A DNA stretch of 64,000 bases from Eledone cirrhosa. Lineage: Eukaryota. Made by a program: the position numbers and the translations under genes. Shown piece by piece: positions 62,991-64,000 of the stretch. Within the stretch, counting starts at the first letter, position 1; the number at the start of each line of letters is the position of its first letter. The stretch covers positions 31,620,001-31,684,000 of the forward strand of contig OZ024759.1 in NCBI GenBank assembly GCA_964016885.1. The letters run 5' to 3'. The notes under the pieces are model-generated. The model ran no database searches, had not been told where the DNA came from, and saw nothing but the letters and a program-made list of their open reading frames with translations.

Positions 62991-64000
62991 GAGGAGAGAG
63001 AGAGAGAGAACATCCTGTCCACACTGTAAAGTGGTCGTGTAGGTGATACGATAAAAAGCATCCAGTCCACACTGTAAAGTGATCGTGTAGGAGACACAGT
63101 GAAAAGGCTCCCAGTACACACTGCCAATGTGGTTGGTGTTAGAAAGAGCATCCAGCCATAGAAATCAAGCCAAAATCAGTTCTGATGATCTGAATAAGGT
63201 GAAACAATTGTTCTCGGAAATGGTGAACTAACTGTTGTGGAACTACTTCTATATATATATATATATATATCTTCATAGGGCATCAGGACAGACATTGGTC
63301 TATTGGAGATGCTGGACATGGCAGCAATAATGAGGGACAGAGACCGCTGGGGAGAACTTGTCCATGGATCTCGGGAATTTTACCCGCCCTAGACATATAT
63401 CCTCTACTTTTACTAATATAAATATACATGCTTTAATCCTTTCATTACATTATTTTTAATAAAAGAGACTGCCTATGATTTTCTAAATAATTTGGAAAAA
63501 CGTAGGTTCAGTAATGAAACTCACAACCTTACAGTCATGAGCCAAACACTCTAACCACAAAGCCTCGTCTTCACAAGGTAGAGTAATGCTACAAAAACAG
63601 AAATTCTGAAACAAATTCTTTTTTTGCAGAATCATAATCTTCTATGCTTAAAACATAGAGATCTAAAAAGAAAAAAAAAACAGAAACAAGGAATAAATTA
63701 AACAGTTACCTGGGTGGCATTTTGAAACTCAACCATAATTTTTTTTTTTTTTTTAAATATTTATATGACATTTTCAAAGGACTGACATTTAAATTTAAAT
63801 ATCATTTGAAAAATTCATTGAAAATCAATGTTTTAAGTAGGTATTATAAAAATACTTTGTTACAGTCATTTGTTTAAAAAACAATCTCTTAATATCCTGT
63901 AATACCTTGTGGTTGTTGTTGGACATCTGTTGATTTCGATGATGAGTATTCCAGTTGTTCAATCAACGGAACATCCTACCAATGATAGTTAATGTGTCAG

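Noticed and set aside
63906-63975. Possible minus-strand exon (DVPLIEQLEYSSSKSTDVQQQPQ) with AG/GT ends
   Set aside because: Weak pyrimidine tract, no recognisable homology and no partner exons found; cannot be supported without flanking sequence or RNA data.

Overview
AT-rich, microsatellite-dense animal genomic DNA. The SINE/RTE repeat content and gene structure suggest a coleoid cephalopod, probably Octopus (inference). Host genes read directly from the sequence: (1) the first coding exon of UBE2Q (minus, 7150-7311; later exons not found in the window); (2) tRNA-Ser(AGA) (minus, 12273-12354); (3) an intronless DNA polymerase lambda ORF (plus, 12596-14347); (4) a complete 6-exon VBP1/prefoldin-3 gene (minus, 18326-26337, 186 aa) whose last intron is a textbook U12-type intron; (5) a complete 18-exon cullin-5 gene (plus, 26379-53486, 778 aa). 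VBP1 and CUL5 are head-to-head with only 41 bp between their ATGs; that spacer holds tandem TCTCGCGAGA-type elements and both starts are TISU-like. The rest is tRNA-derived SINEs, RTE, CR1 and Tc1/mariner remnants, TTAA-flanked MITEs, several minisatellites and long inverted repeats. The most notable hidden signal is a set of type I hammerhead ribozyme motifs next to (AT)n tracts. Two fold fully by hand (6664-6744 plus; 8212-8262 minus, with a non-canonical stem II junction) and several are degenerate. They resemble the minimal, dimer-forming hammerheads of Penelope-like elements. Most ORFs in the supplied track are microsatellite artefacts. All folds and alignments were done by eye; no searches were run.
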